DNA of 64,000 nucleotides from an uncultured Alphaproteobacteria bacterium (GCA_963836765.1 CAWILG010000033.1:186494-250493), one strand, 5' to 3'. Positions 18,390 through 29,438 are shown, counted from the first letter of the stretch. Notes: generated by a model from the sequence alone, not told the origin. Translations and numbers: made by a program.

Positions 18390-19106
18390 ATGAAGAAGCT
18401 CATTGTTCTCGCCGCGCTGTTCATGGCCACCACCTCAGCCCATGCCGGCAATGGCATTTCGTTCGAGATCGAAGGCCAGAAAATCCGCATCGAGGCGCCG
18501 CGCAACTGCAACTCGCTGTCCTGCATCAGGATTTCGGCGCCGGGCTTCAAGGGCTTCAAGTCCAACCACGCCGACGACGATGACGATGCCGTCTCCGGTC
18601 CGCCGCCGGCAAAATCCGCGCCCGCGCCTGCCCCCGTTCAGGCCACAGCGCCGGCGCCCGTCGCTCCCGTGGCGACGACCACTGCACCGGTCGCGGCCCA
18701 GACAACGGTTGCCACCGCCGCACCTGTTGCCAACGACGTTGCGCCCCGCGCTTCTGCGCCGGCTGTGGTTACGGCACCCGCGGCGCAGCCGGCCCCGATT
18801 GCCGCTGCACCCATTGCCGCGCCGACCACGCCGCTCGGCGTCTGGGCGACCGAAGAAAACAAGGGCAACGTTCGCATCGAGGAGTGCGGCGCCAGTCTCT
18901 GCGGCTATGCCATCAAATCCGGCGAGCGGATCCTGATCAACATGAAGCCGGAAGGCTCGAAATGGCGCGGCCGGATCCACGATCCCGACAGCGGCCGCGA
19001 CTACGACTCGACGATCGCCTTGAAGGGCAGTAATTCGCTCCAGGTTCAGGGTTGCGCCTTCGGCGGCATGTTCTGCGGCGGCCAGACCTGGAAGCGCGTC
19101 AGCTGA
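18390..19106 (+). CDS. DUF2147 domain secreted protein (divergent paralog)
   Basis: PLGVWATEENKGNVRIEECG...LQVQGCAFGGMFCGGQTWKR. Confidence 0.88.
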   Translation: MKKLIVLAALFMATTSAHAGNGISFEIEGQKIRIEAPRNCNSLSCIRISAPGFKGFKSNHADDDDDAVSGPPPAKSAPAPAPVQATAPAPVAPVATTTAPVAAQTTVATAAPVANDVAPRASAPAVVTAPAAQPAPIAAAPIAAPTTPLGVWATEENKGNVRIEECGASLCGYAIKSGERILINMKPEGSKWRGRIHDPDSGRDYDSTIALKGSNSLQVQGCAFGGMFCGGQTWKRVS

Positions 19107-19135
19107 ACACGAGCATCATTTTGCGCCGCGCCCCT

Positions 19136-19176
19136 CGTCATTCCGGGTTCGATGCTTCGCATCGCTCCGGAATGAC
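19136..19176. repeat. CGTC-tagged short REP-like palindrome
   Basis: cgtcattccgg-gttcgatgcttcgcatcgct-ccggaatgac. Confidence 0.75.
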
Positions 19177-19313
19177 TCCTGTCCGGGACGTGGCGCTTGA
19201 TCGTTTTGCCCCGGCCGTGACAACAAAACGGCCACGTTCATCCTGCATTCAGGCCGGCGAGGCTGATATCCCCCTCCGTTGTTCGTTCAATCCCTCGTTG
19301 CCCGGAATCTGTC

Positions 19314-20741
19314 GTGATGCGGCGCTGGCTTTCATTCGCGCTCCTGCTCATCGTCTTCTGTATCGGCGCGACGGATGGTTTCGCCGCACCTGATGACATC
19401 ATGCAAGTAGCGCAGGCACAGCCGGCGCCGCCCGCAGCACCTGGAGTACCTGCTCCCGCCGCACCCAATGCCGCGGCACCTGGCGCCGATGCGCAGCCTG
19501 CGGTCGAGGAGCCGATCGGCAATGTCGCGACCCTGACCGGCACCGCCAGCGTCACCCGCAGCAACGAGACCACGCCGCTCAAGGTGAAGGACGATATCTA
19601 TCTCAACGACGTGGTGCAGACCGCGGCGAGTTCGACGCTCGGCATCACCTTCAACGACGCCACCACCTTTAACCTCAAGGCCAACTCGCAGATCACGATC
19701 GACAATTACGTCTATGAGGATGGCGGCAAGAACAATTCGGGGATTTTCGACGTCGGCAAGGGCGCTGTGGCTTTCGTGGCCGCGGCAGTGGCAAAGACCG
19801 GCGACATGAAGATCACGACGCCGACCGCAACGCTCGGCATTCGCGGCACCACGGGCCTCGTCGAAGTGCCGCAAGGTGCTGCCGCCAACAATCCGAACAA
19901 TGTCGCGATCAAGCTTTATCCCGACGCCGACGGCAAGGTCGGGCGGATCGAGGTCAACGACCGCGCCGGCGCGCGGCTCGGCTTCCTCACCCAGGGCGCC
20001 AGCGGCTTCACCATCCGGCCCGGTGTCGGCGGCGCGCGCGTCGCCGCGGTGCCGCTGACGATTTCGCCGCAACAGATCGCGCGCGATCAGGGCTTTGTGC
20101 GCCAGGTTCACACCGCGCAGACTGTCGGCCGCCAGGTCGTCGACGAGCAGCGCGCGTTCCGCCGCGCCAATCCCGGCGTGATCCGTGGCAACCCGCCGCG
20201 CCGATCCGGCCTGCAGCAGCCAAACGGAACACCAGGTCAGAACCGGACTGGACCGCAGCAGCCGGGTCAACAAAACCGTCCGGGACAACCGCAGCAGCCC
20301 GGTCAGCCGAATCGTCCCGGTCAGCCGCCGCAACCGGGCTCGCCGAACCGGCAGGGATCGACCCAGCCGCAGCAGGGAACGCAGCCGGGACAAGCGACGG
20401 TTCCGCCGCGATCAGGCCAGGCGTTGCCCGGTCAACCCGGCGGCACGCCGCTGCCGCGCACAACGGCGCCAGCCGGCGCGCAGCCTGGCGTTCAACAGCA
20501 AGGCGTTCAGCAACCCGGCACGCAGCAGCCGAATGTCCAGCGCCAGGGTGTGCAGCCAGGCGCTCGTCCGCCAGCCGCGCCGCAACCGGCTGCGCCACAG
20601 CAGGCCCAGCCGCATCCGCCCGGCGCGGCGCCTGCCGTGCCCGGCCTGCAGCGGCCCGGATTGCAGAACCGGCCGGCGCCGCCGCCGCGTCGGCTGCCGC
20701 CTCCGCCGAGGGGCAAGCCGCCGAAGGAAAGGCGTCACTGA
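19314..20741 (+). CDS. FecR domain protein with a long Pro/Gln/Gly-rich tail
   Basis: IYLNDVVQT...TPTATLGIRGT FecR motif; QPG repeats. Confidence 0.85.
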   Translation: MMRRWLSFALLLIVFCIGATDGFAAPDDIMQVAQAQPAPPAAPGVPAPAAPNAAAPGADAQPAVEEPIGNVATLTGTASVTRSNETTPLKVKDDIYLNDVVQTAASSTLGITFNDATTFNLKANSQITIDNYVYEDGGKNNSGIFDVGKGAVAFVAAAVAKTGDMKITTPTATLGIRGTTGLVEVPQGAAANNPNNVAIKLYPDADGKVGRIEVNDRAGARLGFLTQGASGFTIRPGVGGARVAAVPLTISPQQIARDQGFVRQVHTAQTVGRQVVDEQRAFRRANPGVIRGNPPRRSGLQQPNGTPGQNRTGPQQPGQQNRPGQPQQPGQPNRPGQPPQPGSPNRQGSTQPQQGTQPGQATVPPRSGQALPGQPGGTPLPRTTAPAGAQPGVQQQGVQQPGTQQPNVQRQGVQPGARPPAAPQPAAPQQAQPHPPGAAPAVPGLQRPGLQNRPAPPPRRLPPPPRGKPPKERRH

Positions 20742-20763
20742 CGGTGTTGCGATGGTGGCCAGA

Positions 20764-21493
20764 TCAGGCCGCGCGCCGCAGCCAGTCCCTGACTTTCTGA
20801 ATCAGGCTTTTGCGCGGGGGATGCACCGCGCTTGTCGCAGCAACGCCGGGCTCTGGCGCAAATGACGGCGCGATCGCAGACGGCGTGGTCTCAACGGAAA
20901 TTTCAGCTTCAACCCCATCGTCCGGCACGGCCACGTAATCGTCGGGCGCAACCGGCAAAGAAACCGGATCCGATGGCGGCAGAGCCGGTATTGGCGCGAC
21001 GACCGAAGGCGGCGGCGCAACCGGCCGCCGGGCTCTGCGCTTTTCCGGCGCGGTCGGCTTTTCCGGCCGCCGCATTGCACTGCGCGACCGTGGCAAGCGC
21101 GATCGGTCCGACATTTTCAAGGAACGCGCGCTCATATCCGCGCGAGAGCCGCTCGACCGCATCCGCGAGCGGCAGCCAGTCCACCGCCCTGACGTCATGC
21201 ATCAGTTCATGAACGGGCTCGCCCTCGGCTTCCATGCGCCAGTAGTGCACGACCTTGGAGCGTCCGCCGGACTCATAGACCAGCGTGCCCAGAAATTCGT
21301 GCACGGCAACGTCGTGCCCGGTTTCTTCGTTGACCTCGCGCTCGGCAGCGGCGCGCGGCGTCTCGCCCTCGTCGAGCTTGCCCTTCGGCAACACCCATTC
21401 ATTGCGCTTGCGCAGGCGCACCACCGCGATCAGCGGCGTGTCCTCCTGCCGCAGCACAATGCCTCCCGCCGCCAGAACCGGCGTCCGCGCCAT
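20764..21493 (-). CDS. NUDIX hydrolase; probable frameshift near 21080
   Basis: Nudix box LPKGKLDEGETPRAAAEREVNEETG; C-terminus continues in the frame of ORF 20764..21198. Confidence 0.8.
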
Positions 21494-21569
21494 CTCTCTT
21501 CCTGTGTTTGCGATTTCGAAATCTTGCTTCGACCGCGACTATATAAGGGAAGCGCGCGGCAGAATCGAG

Positions 21570-22441
21570 ATTACGCGGACGGTTTTCGCAACAACGGCTC
21601 GCCGGCGCGGATGCGCGCGCCTTCCACGACGTTGGCAGCAAAATTCAAAATGATCCGGCGTCAGCACGATGATGGTCGAGCCGTGCTCGAACCAGCCGAG
21701 TTCGTCGCCCTTGCGCACCTCTGCGTCGCAGGGAAAGTCGACCGGTCCCCTGCTCTGCGCGTTGAGCGTGACGTCGAGGAAATGCAGGCGGATGCTGGCG
21801 ACCAAAATGGCGGCGACCGGCACCAGCGTCAGCGCCTCGCCGCTCGCGAGCTGCGTCTGCAGCACCGCGCGCTCGTTCTTGCAGAACAGCCGCTCGACCC
21901 GCTTCAGCGCGATCGGATTGACGTTCCAGACGTCGCCATGAATGAACGTAACCTTCTCGATCTTGCCGTCGCAGGGCGCATGAAAGCGGTGATACATGCT
22001 GGACGTCAGCCGCAGCGTGAGGAAGCGCCCGTTGCGGTGTTGTTCCACCAGCGCGGGATCGCCGAGCAGGTCGAGCAGCGAATAAGGCGCGCCCTTGATC
22101 TGGAACAGTTCCGTATCCGCGATCCGGCCGTGCGCGCCGATGATCCCGTCCGACGGGCTGGTCACGACAGCGGGATCGGGATCGACCGGCCGCAGGCCGG
22201 GGCGGAGTTCGCGGGTAAAGCAATCGTGCAGGCTCTTGAACTCGGTCTTTTTGGCTTCCGACAGGTCGAGGTCGGAAAACAGCCGCCAGCAGGCGATCGA
22301 GGCATCGCGCACCAGCGGATTCTCGATTTTGCTGAACCAGCCCATGAACCGGGTCAGCGCCGCCCGCGGGATGCGGTTGGTCAACAGGAAGTTGAGGTCC
22401 TCCTGCTGGGTCAGGCCCGCAATCAGGCCCCGGACTGTCAT
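21570..22441 (-). CDS. psd: Phosphatidylserine decarboxylase (type I-like); frameshift near 21635
   Basis: FFTRE-like CFTRELRP, SPSDG, YHRFHAP, cleavage motif FEHGSTIIV. Confidence 0.88.
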
Positions 22442-22475
22442 TAATTTGTTAGCTGGATTGGCTAGCGCTGGTGGC

Positions 22476-24157
22476 ATGGATTCGCCCCTTTCGATTCTGT
22501 CGCTGTCCGCCGCCGCGATTGCCGGCGCCGCGGTGACCTTCCCCAAATTGCAGGCGCGGCTGGCGCTGTCGCGGGCCAAGCACCGCTCGCTGACCGGACA
22601 TTCCAAGATGTCCAAGATGGTCGCGCGCCTGGTGCCGCATTACGAATTCGATATCGACGATTTCTTCCGCTCCGACGGCGCGCCGGCCGCAGTCGCCATG
22701 CAGCGCCAGGACGGCTTCTTCCGTCTCGCCGGTCTCTACGCCGATCGCTACGCCAAGGGCCGGCAGATGACGGCGGAAGCGGCGAGACGGATCTCGGACC
22801 TGCAATTCACCGAAGCCTACCGGGTGCCGTTCCAGTACAGCCGGTTGGTGCGCGAGCATCTTTCGACCAGCGCCTTCGTGCAGTCCTCGTCCGGCGTCAC
22901 CGTCACCGATGTCGACGGCAATGTGTCCTACGACCTGACCGGCTCCTACGGCGTCAACATTTTCGGCAATGATTTCTACAGGGAATGCATCGACGAAGGC
23001 CGAGAAGCGCGCCCGCGCGCTCGGCCCGGTGCTCGGTTCCTATCATCCCGTCATCACCGACAATGTGCGGCGGCTGTGCGAGATCTCGGGGCTCGACGAA
23101 GTCTCGTTCCACATGTCCGGCACCGAGGCCGTGATGCAGGCGGTGCGGCTGGCGCGCTACCACACCCGCCGCACGCATCTGGTGCGGTTCGCCGGCAGCT
23201 ATCACGGCTGGTGGGGCGACGTGCAGCCGGGCGTCGGCAATCCGGTTTCGCCGCACGAGACCTATACGCTGGCCGAGATGTCGGAACGGACGCTGCATGT
23301 CCTGAAAACGCGCCGCGACATCGCCTGCGTGCTGGTCAATCCGCTGCAGGCGCTGCATCCCAACGCCAACGCGCCCGGCAATTCCGCGCTGGTCGACAGT
23401 TCGCGAATCGGAAAGTTCGATCGCGAAGCCTACACGGCGAATGGTTGAAGAAGCTGCGTGAGGTCTGCACCGAGCGCGGCATCGTGCTGATCTTCGACGA
23501 GGTGTTTGTCGGCTTCCGTCTCGCCGCCGGCGGCGCGCAGGAATATTTCGGCGTCCGCGCCGACATGGTGACCTATGGCAAGAGCCTCGCGGGCGGATTG
23601 CCCGTCGGCATGGTCTGCGGTCGAAAGGATTTGATGCGCCGGTTCCGCGACGACCGGCCCGCCGACATCTGCTTTGCCCGCGGCACCTTCAATTCGCATC
23701 CCTACGTCATGACGGCGATGGACGAATTCCTCGGCCGGCTCGCCAGCCCGAATTTCCGCTCGGTCTATATCGGGCTCGACGAGACCTGGAACGGGCGCGC
23801 CAAACAATTGAACGACCGGCTGACCGGCGCGGACTGCCGGTGCGCGTCAGCAATCTGTCGTCGATCTGGATGGTGCATTACACCGAGCCGTCCCGTTACA
23901 ACTGGATGCTTCAATATTACCTGCGCGCCGACGGGCTGGCGCTGAGCTGGGTCGGAAGCGGCCGGCTGATCTTCAGCCTGAACTATACCGATGCCGATTT
24001 TGCCGCGGTCGCCGACCGCTTCGTCGCCGCAGCTGAGAAGATGAAGCGGGACGGCTGGTGGTGGCACGACGCCGCTCTCACCAACAAAGGCATCAAGCGG
24101 CAGATCCTGAAAGAGATGCTGACGAGCGCCGTCTCCCGCAAAGCGAAAGCCGCCTAG
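22476..24157 (+). CDS. Class III PLP aminotransferase (GSA-mutase-like) with N-terminal extension; about 3 frameshifts (near 22995, 23440, 23830)
   Basis: DLTGSYG, FHMSGTEAVMQAVRLARY, LIFDEVFVGFR, ADMVTYGKSLAGGLPVG, GTFNSHP spread across frames. Confidence 0.82.
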
Positions 24158-24202
24158 AGCATAGCGGCTTTGACGATAAATCAGCGCCGGTGTTCTGTTC
24201 AC

Positions 24203-24323
24203 CTCGCCCCGCTTGCGGGGAGAGGTCGGATTGCGAAGCAATCCGGGCTGAGGTGGACTCTCCGTAGACCGAGCTCGCGGAGAGTCCCCCTCACCCCAAC
24301 CCTCTCCCCGCAAGCGGGGCGAG
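24203..24323. repeat. MITE-like palindromic element with 23-bp terminal inverted repeat, copy 1 of 3
   Basis: ctcgccccgcttgcggggagagg ... cctctccccgcaagcggggcgag is a perfect IR. Confidence 0.9.
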
Positions 24324-24365
24324 GGAGAAGTAAACCGGGCGGCCGTTCTCTGATCCGTCACTCGC

Positions 24366-24983
24366 TCAGGCGTGCTTGACGTGCTTCTCGAGGCCGGGAT
24401 CGATCAGTTCGCCCTTCAACAGGAACAGCGGCGCCTTGTGGTAGAGTTTGAAATCGTTGAAGGGGTCGGTGATGATCTTCGTCATCCAGACCAGGCCGGT
24501 CTCGACATCGCGGATGAAGAACAGATGGAAGGTGCGGAACAGCAAGCCGCCGAGACCCACCGCGAGCCAGACCTTGGCCACCTGACGGGTGAAGTCGGCG
24601 AATGAGACCCAGGGCTTGAACAGGCCGAACAGCGTCGGATCGACATACAGCACCAGCGGCGACAGCGCCCAGATCGTCATCAGTACGACCTTGCGCTGCA
24701 AATTATAGCCGACCTTGATCTCTTCCTTGTGCTCATGGGTCGCGTGGTTGACGTGGTCGTAACCCTTGGGCTCGAAGAAGAAGTGGCCGGCCTGGCGCGA
24801 GGTCATAGAGACCAGCCAGCCCAGCAGCGCCGACACCATCGGATCCACGAACAGCATCACATAGGCAACCAGGAAGCTCACCGAACTGACGAAGTGCAGC
24901 GACTGGTTGATGCGGCTGTGATGATAATAGCGATGGTCGTCCCAGCGCTGGGTTCGCAGTTCCTGCAGGAAGTTCTTGATCAT
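24366..24983 (-). CDS. Conserved membrane protein (DUF962/Mpo1-like)
   Basis: YHHSRINQSLHF, QAGHFFFE His motifs with transmembrane helices. Confidence 0.7.
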   Translation of the reverse strand: MIKNFLQELRTQRWDDHRYYHHSRINQSLHFVSSVSFLVAYVMLFVDPMVSALLGWLVSMTSRQAGHFFFEPKGYDHVNHATHEHKEEIKVGYNLQRKVVLMTIWALSPLVLYVDPTLFGLFKPWVSFADFTRQVAKVWLAVGLGGLLFRTFHLFFIRDVETGLVWMTKIITDPFNDFKLYHKAPLFLLKGELIDPGLEKHVKHA

Positions 24984-25103
24984 TGTCTCCCCCAAAATTC
25001 TTTCGGGATCATGGTTACAGGGATTCGATGTCCGGCGTGTGACATCATGATATTGACATATGACACGGTGCGGCGACGGCGAAGTCGCAGCCCCGCCGCG
25101 GAA

Positions 25104-25784
25104 TCAAGCGGCTTTGGCGACGTCGATCTTGCGGAATCGCACCAGCGAGAAATGGCCGAGCGGCGGCACCAGGCGGCGCTCCGCCAGTTCGATGCCGCGC
25201 GCGCCGGCCAGCCATTTGCGCGTAGCGCGACCAGGCGAATTCGGCGGTCCGGAAGCCGAGCGGACGCACCACCGGCTGCAGCCGCTGCTCGATGAAGCGG
25301 CGCACGCCGGCGTCGGCGCTGACACGGGTCAGGATGATCAGTTCGCCGCCCGGCCGCAGCACGCGGGCGAATTCGTCGAGCGCGACTTCAGGGTTCGGCA
25401 CCGCGGTCACGACATATTGCGCCATCACGACGTCGAACGAATTGTCGGGGAATTCGAGTTTCTCGGCGTCCATCACCGCGAGGCCCTCGACATTCTTGAG
25501 GCCGAGTTCGGTGACGCGCTTCTTGGCCTTCTCCAGCATCGCTTCGGAAATGTCGGTGCCGAAGATGCGCAGATGCGGCGCGTATTGCGGCAACGAGATG
25601 CCGGTGCCGACGCCGACCTCGAGCACGCGGCCGCCGATCTTGTTGGTTGCCTGGATCGCCGCCTTGCGGCCCTTGCTGAACACGCCGCCAAATACGAGAT
25701 CGTAGATCGGCGCCCAGCGATCGTAGGCGGTCTCGACCATTGCACGGTCGAAGTAGGGCGGCCGAGCTTGATGATTTCTGCCAT
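25104..25784 (-). CDS. SAM-dependent phospholipid N-methyltransferase (Rhodobacter PmtA / Bradyrhizobium PmtX type); two frameshifts
   Basis: AYDRWAPIYDLVFG, VLEVGVGTGISL, AVPNPEVALDEFARVLRPGGELI; tail PPLGHFSLVRFRK in another frame. Confidence 0.8.
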
Positions 25785-25883
25785 GATTGTCTTCTCGTCT
25801 CTTTCGTTCGATGAATTCTCGATTGGACTGCTGTTTTGACGCGTTTTTTACGCGAACCGGTATCCACTTCGCTCGAAACCGCT

Positions 25884-26939
25884 TTACCCCTGCACTGCAC
25901 TGGTACCGGCGACGCGGCGGGCGGGCCGCAGCGAACGGCTCGGCTGCAACGCCGTCAGATTGCCGATGAACTGACGCGCACTGTTTTCCCAGGAACGCGC
26001 CAGCGCAAAATTCCGGCACGCCTCGCGCGACATGCCGAGCGCGCGGATGCAGGCGCTGCGCAAATCCCAATCCAGCGCGCCGATCGGATGGTCGGCGATC
26101 ACGTCGAGCGGTCCGGTGACCGGGAACGCAGCAACCGGCGTGCCGCAGGCCAGCGCTTCGAGCTGCACGACGCCGAACGTGTCGGTGAGGCTCGGGAAGA
26201 CGAACACGTCCGCGGCGGCGAGATGCGCGGTCAGATCCTGACCTTTCTTCTCACCGAGGAATTTCGCTTTCGGATATTTCAGCGCCAGCGCCGCCTTCTG
26301 CGGCCCGTCGCCGATCACGACCTTGGTTCCCGGCAAATCCAGCGCGAGGAACGCTTCGAGATTCTTTTCGACCGCAACCCGGCCCATGGTCATGAAGACC
26401 GGCCGCGGCAGATCGAGTTCGGCAGGCTGATCCGGCCTGAACAGATCGGTGTCGACGCCACGGGTCCAGAAGCCGAGCTTGCGGAAACCGCGCGCACTCA
26501 ATTCCTGCCGCAACGATTCGGTCGCGACCATGATCATGCTCGATGCGGCGTGAAAGTATCGCAGCACCGCATAGCCGACGCTGGCCGGAATCATGGTGCG
26601 GACCGCGACATATTCAGGGAAGCGGGTCGTATAGGACGTAGTGAACGCGAGCTTGCGGCGGCGGCAATAGGCGCGCACCGCCCAGCCGACCGGTCCTTCG
26701 GTCGCAATGTGGATAGCATCGGGTGCGGCCGCCTCGATCCGGCGCGCAATCTCGCGCCGGTTCGGCAGCGCCACGCGCAGGCCCGGATAGGTCGGCACGC
26801 CGACCGACGGAAACCCGTCGGGCGTGAGAAAGTTAATTTCGGCGTCGAGCGCCGAGGCGCTGCGGGCCAGCGAGGTCAGCGTCCGCACCACGCCGTTAAC
26901 CTGCGGATGCCAAGCGTCGGTCGCAATCAATATCCGCAT
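25884..26939 (-). CDS. GT4 glycosyltransferase, Agt-like (glucuronosyl/glucosyl diacylglycerol synthase)
   Basis: MRILIATDAWHPQVNGVVRTL, HIATEGPVG, SLTDTFGVVQLEALACGTPV. Confidence 0.85.
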   Translation of the reverse strand: MRILIATDAWHPQVNGVVRTLTSLARSASALDAEINFLTPDGFPSVGVPTYPGLRVALPNRREIARRIEAAAPDAIHIATEGPVGWAVRAYCRRRKLAFTTSYTTRFPEYVAVRTMIPASVGYAVLRYFHAASSMIMVATESLRQELSARGFRKLGFWTRGVDTDLFRPDQPAELDLPRPVFMTMGRVAVEKNLEAFLALDLPGTKVVIGDGPQKAALALKYPKAKFLGEKKGQDLTAHLAAADVFVFPSLTDTFGVVQLEALACGTPVAAFPVTGPLDVIADHPIGALDWDLRSACIRALGMSREACRNFALARSWENSARQFIGNLTALQPSRSLRPARRVAGTSAVQG

Positions 26940-27077
26940 CGTCGGGAACCCGGGGTTCGATGATTCTCGATTTACCAACGTTAAGGACATGGATATTTCA
27001 GGCGTGTGACGTCACCGATCTGTAAGAGATGTTTTTTAAGTCCGCTTGCACGCTTTTTCGTGTAACGTGACAGTACG

Positions 27078-28478
27078 ATGTCAAACCCTGACCAAAACAT
27101 TGCTCCAGCCCGCCCGCGACGGAAGCGAAAGAACTATTCGCTGCTGATCCTGGCCGCCGGCATGTTCCTGTTCGGCCTCGCCGCTGAGCACACTCTATTA
27201 CGCGTTGCGGCCGGTCACCTTGCGGATCGCGGTCGGACCACCCGGCAGCGACGACCAGAAACTGGTCCAGCTGCTGGCGCAGACCTTTGCCAGTGAGCGA
27301 AGTCCGGTTCGGCTGGCGCCGATCACGACGGCAGGGGCGACCGAGAGCATCGCGTTGTTCTCCGCCGGCAAGACCGACCTTGCGGTTGCACGCGGCGATC
27401 TGAACCTGCCTGGCAACGCCGAATCCGTCGCCATCCTGCGCAAGAACGTCGTGGTGCTGTGGGCGCCGTCCGGCCTCGCGCCGAAAGGCTCGAAGAAAAC
27501 GCCGGCACCCAAGATCAAGAGCCTCGACGAACTCGCCGGCCATCGCATCGGCGTCATCGGCCGCACCCAGGCCAATGTCACGCTGCTGCGCGTGATCCTG
27601 ACCGAGTCCGGCGTCAATCCCGACAAGGTTGCGGTGACCCAGTTCGCCACCAACCAGATTGCCGAGATGGCGCGCGACCCGACCCTCGATGCGTTCATGG
27701 CGGTCGGCCCGCTCGACAGCAAGATCACCGCGGACGCCATCGCCGCGACCGCCACCGCGAAGGGCGAGCCGAAATTCCTCCCGGTCGATGTCTCGGAAAC
27801 CATCGCCCAGAAGCACCCGCTCTATGAGGCCGAGGAAATTCCCGGCAGCATTTTCTGCCTCGTCGCCGGCGCGGCCGGAAGACAAGATCGATACCGTCAG
27901 CGTCAATCATCTGATCATCGCGCCGAAGTCCCTGTCCGATACCGCGGTCGGCGCCTTCGTCCGCCAGCTCTTCACGGTGCGCCACGAACTCGCCCGGGAA
28001 TTGCCGAGTGCGGCCAAGATCGAGAAGCCGGATACTGACAAGGACGCAGCATTGCCGGCGCATCAGGGTGCTGCGGCCTATATCGACGGCACCGAGCGTA
28101 CCTTCCTCGAAAAATATTCCGACTATATCTGGGGCGCCATCCTGCTGCTCTCGGGTCTGGGTTCAGCCGGCGCCTGGCTGCGGCACTCCTGGAAGCGCAA
28201 CGAACGCGAGCAGTACATCGAGCATCGCGAAAATCTGCTCGACCTGATTTCGCGGGCGCGCCAGGCCGAAACGGCGGAAGAACTGGCGGAGATGCAGGGA
28301 CGAGGCCGACGCCGTGCTGCGCGAAGCGCTCGATTGCTACGAAGACGGCGCCATCGAGGAAGGCGACCTGTCCGTGCTCGGGCTGGCGCTCGAGCAATTC
28401 CATCACGCCGTCACCGACCGCCGCCTCACGCTCGGCACCGCGCCACCGCCCGGCGTCGCCCGCGTGCGCGTGGGCTAG
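27078..28478 (+). CDS. TAXI family TRAP solute-binding-like protein with transmembrane segments; about 3 frameshifts
   Basis: LRIAVGPPGSDD, ALPAHQGAAAYIDG, ERTFLEKYSDYIW spread over frames. Confidence 0.75.
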
Positions 28479-28691
28479 ATTTACCTCGCCGCGCGTCCCC
28501 CGGGCGCGGCAAGACCGCCGCGGAGAGGCGGTGTTGAAGATCCACCCCGCGAAACCGTCCTGAAACAATCCTTAACCCGACGAAACCATTTTGGCGGTTT
28601 CGTGCAAACGTCCTGAAACGCCTCACCTGTACTCATTTGCCCAACGACGCACCGACACTGGTGTGCATGGGCGCTAAAACAGGGGACGACA

Positions 28692-29378
28692 ATGTTCAAC
28701 TCAATCAGGCTGAATACCCGCGTTGCTGCCTGCGCTTTGGGCGCGCTGGCCATCGGCACCGTCGCTTTTTCCGCTTCCGCCGCAGCCGCTCCGCTGCAGC
28801 TGTTTCCATTCTTCCTGGTACCGCAGACCGAAGCGGCGCCGCCGCCGGTTCAGGCCGCCCCGTCTCAGGACGAAGGCACCGTGGTCGAGATGCCGGCTCG
28901 GCTGAAGCGCCAGGTCGTCAACTACGCCACCCGCGAGGCGCCCGGCACGATCATCATCGATACCCCCAACACCTATCTTTATTATGTGCTCGGCAATGGC
29001 CAGGCGATCCGTTACGGCATCGGCGTCGGCCGCGAGGGCTTCACCTGGTCCGGCACCCAGACCATCACCAAGAAGGCGGAATGGCCGGATTGGACCCCTC
29101 CCCCGGAAATGATCGCCCGCCAGCCCTATCTGCCGCGCCATATGGCCGGCGGCCCCGGCAACCCGCTCGGCGCCCGCGCGATGTACCTCGGCGGCTCGGT
29201 CTATCGCATCCACGGCACCAACGCGCCGGAAACCATCGGCACCCGGGTTTCGTCGGGCTGCCTGCGCCTTACCAATGAAGACGTCGCTGACCTCTATTCC
29301 AGGGTCAATGTCGGCACCAAGGTGATCGTGCTGCCGATGACGGACCGCCGCGCCGACCTCGGTTCGACCATCCGCTAA
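28692..29378 (+). CDS. L,D-transpeptidase (ErfK/YbiS/YcfS)
   Basis: NPLGARAMYL, YRIHGTN...VSSGCLRL. Confidence 0.95.
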   Translation: MFNSIRLNTRVAACALGALAIGTVAFSASAAAAPLQLFPFFLVPQTEAAPPPVQAAPSQDEGTVVEMPARLKRQVVNYATREAPGTIIIDTPNTYLYYVLGNGQAIRYGIGVGREGFTWSGTQTITKKAEWPDWTPPPEMIARQPYLPRHMAGGPGNPLGARAMYLGGSVYRIHGTNAPETIGTRVSSGCLRLTNEDVADLYSRVNVGTKVIVLPMTDRRADLGSTIR

Positions 29379-29404
29379 GCCGACCGCCATTCGAACACCG
29401 CCAA

Positions 29405-29438
29405 GCGGCTCCGGCATTCGCCGGGGCCGTTTTCGTTT
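29405..29438 (+). terminator. Intrinsic terminator
   Basis: GC stem gcggctccggc / gccggggccgt followed by T-rich tract. Confidence 0.6.

Noticed and set aside
25030-25065. Pho boxes upstream of the lipid genes (also about 27000-27075)
   Set aside because: TGTCA half-sites are present, but not at the 11-bp periodicity required. Suggestive only.
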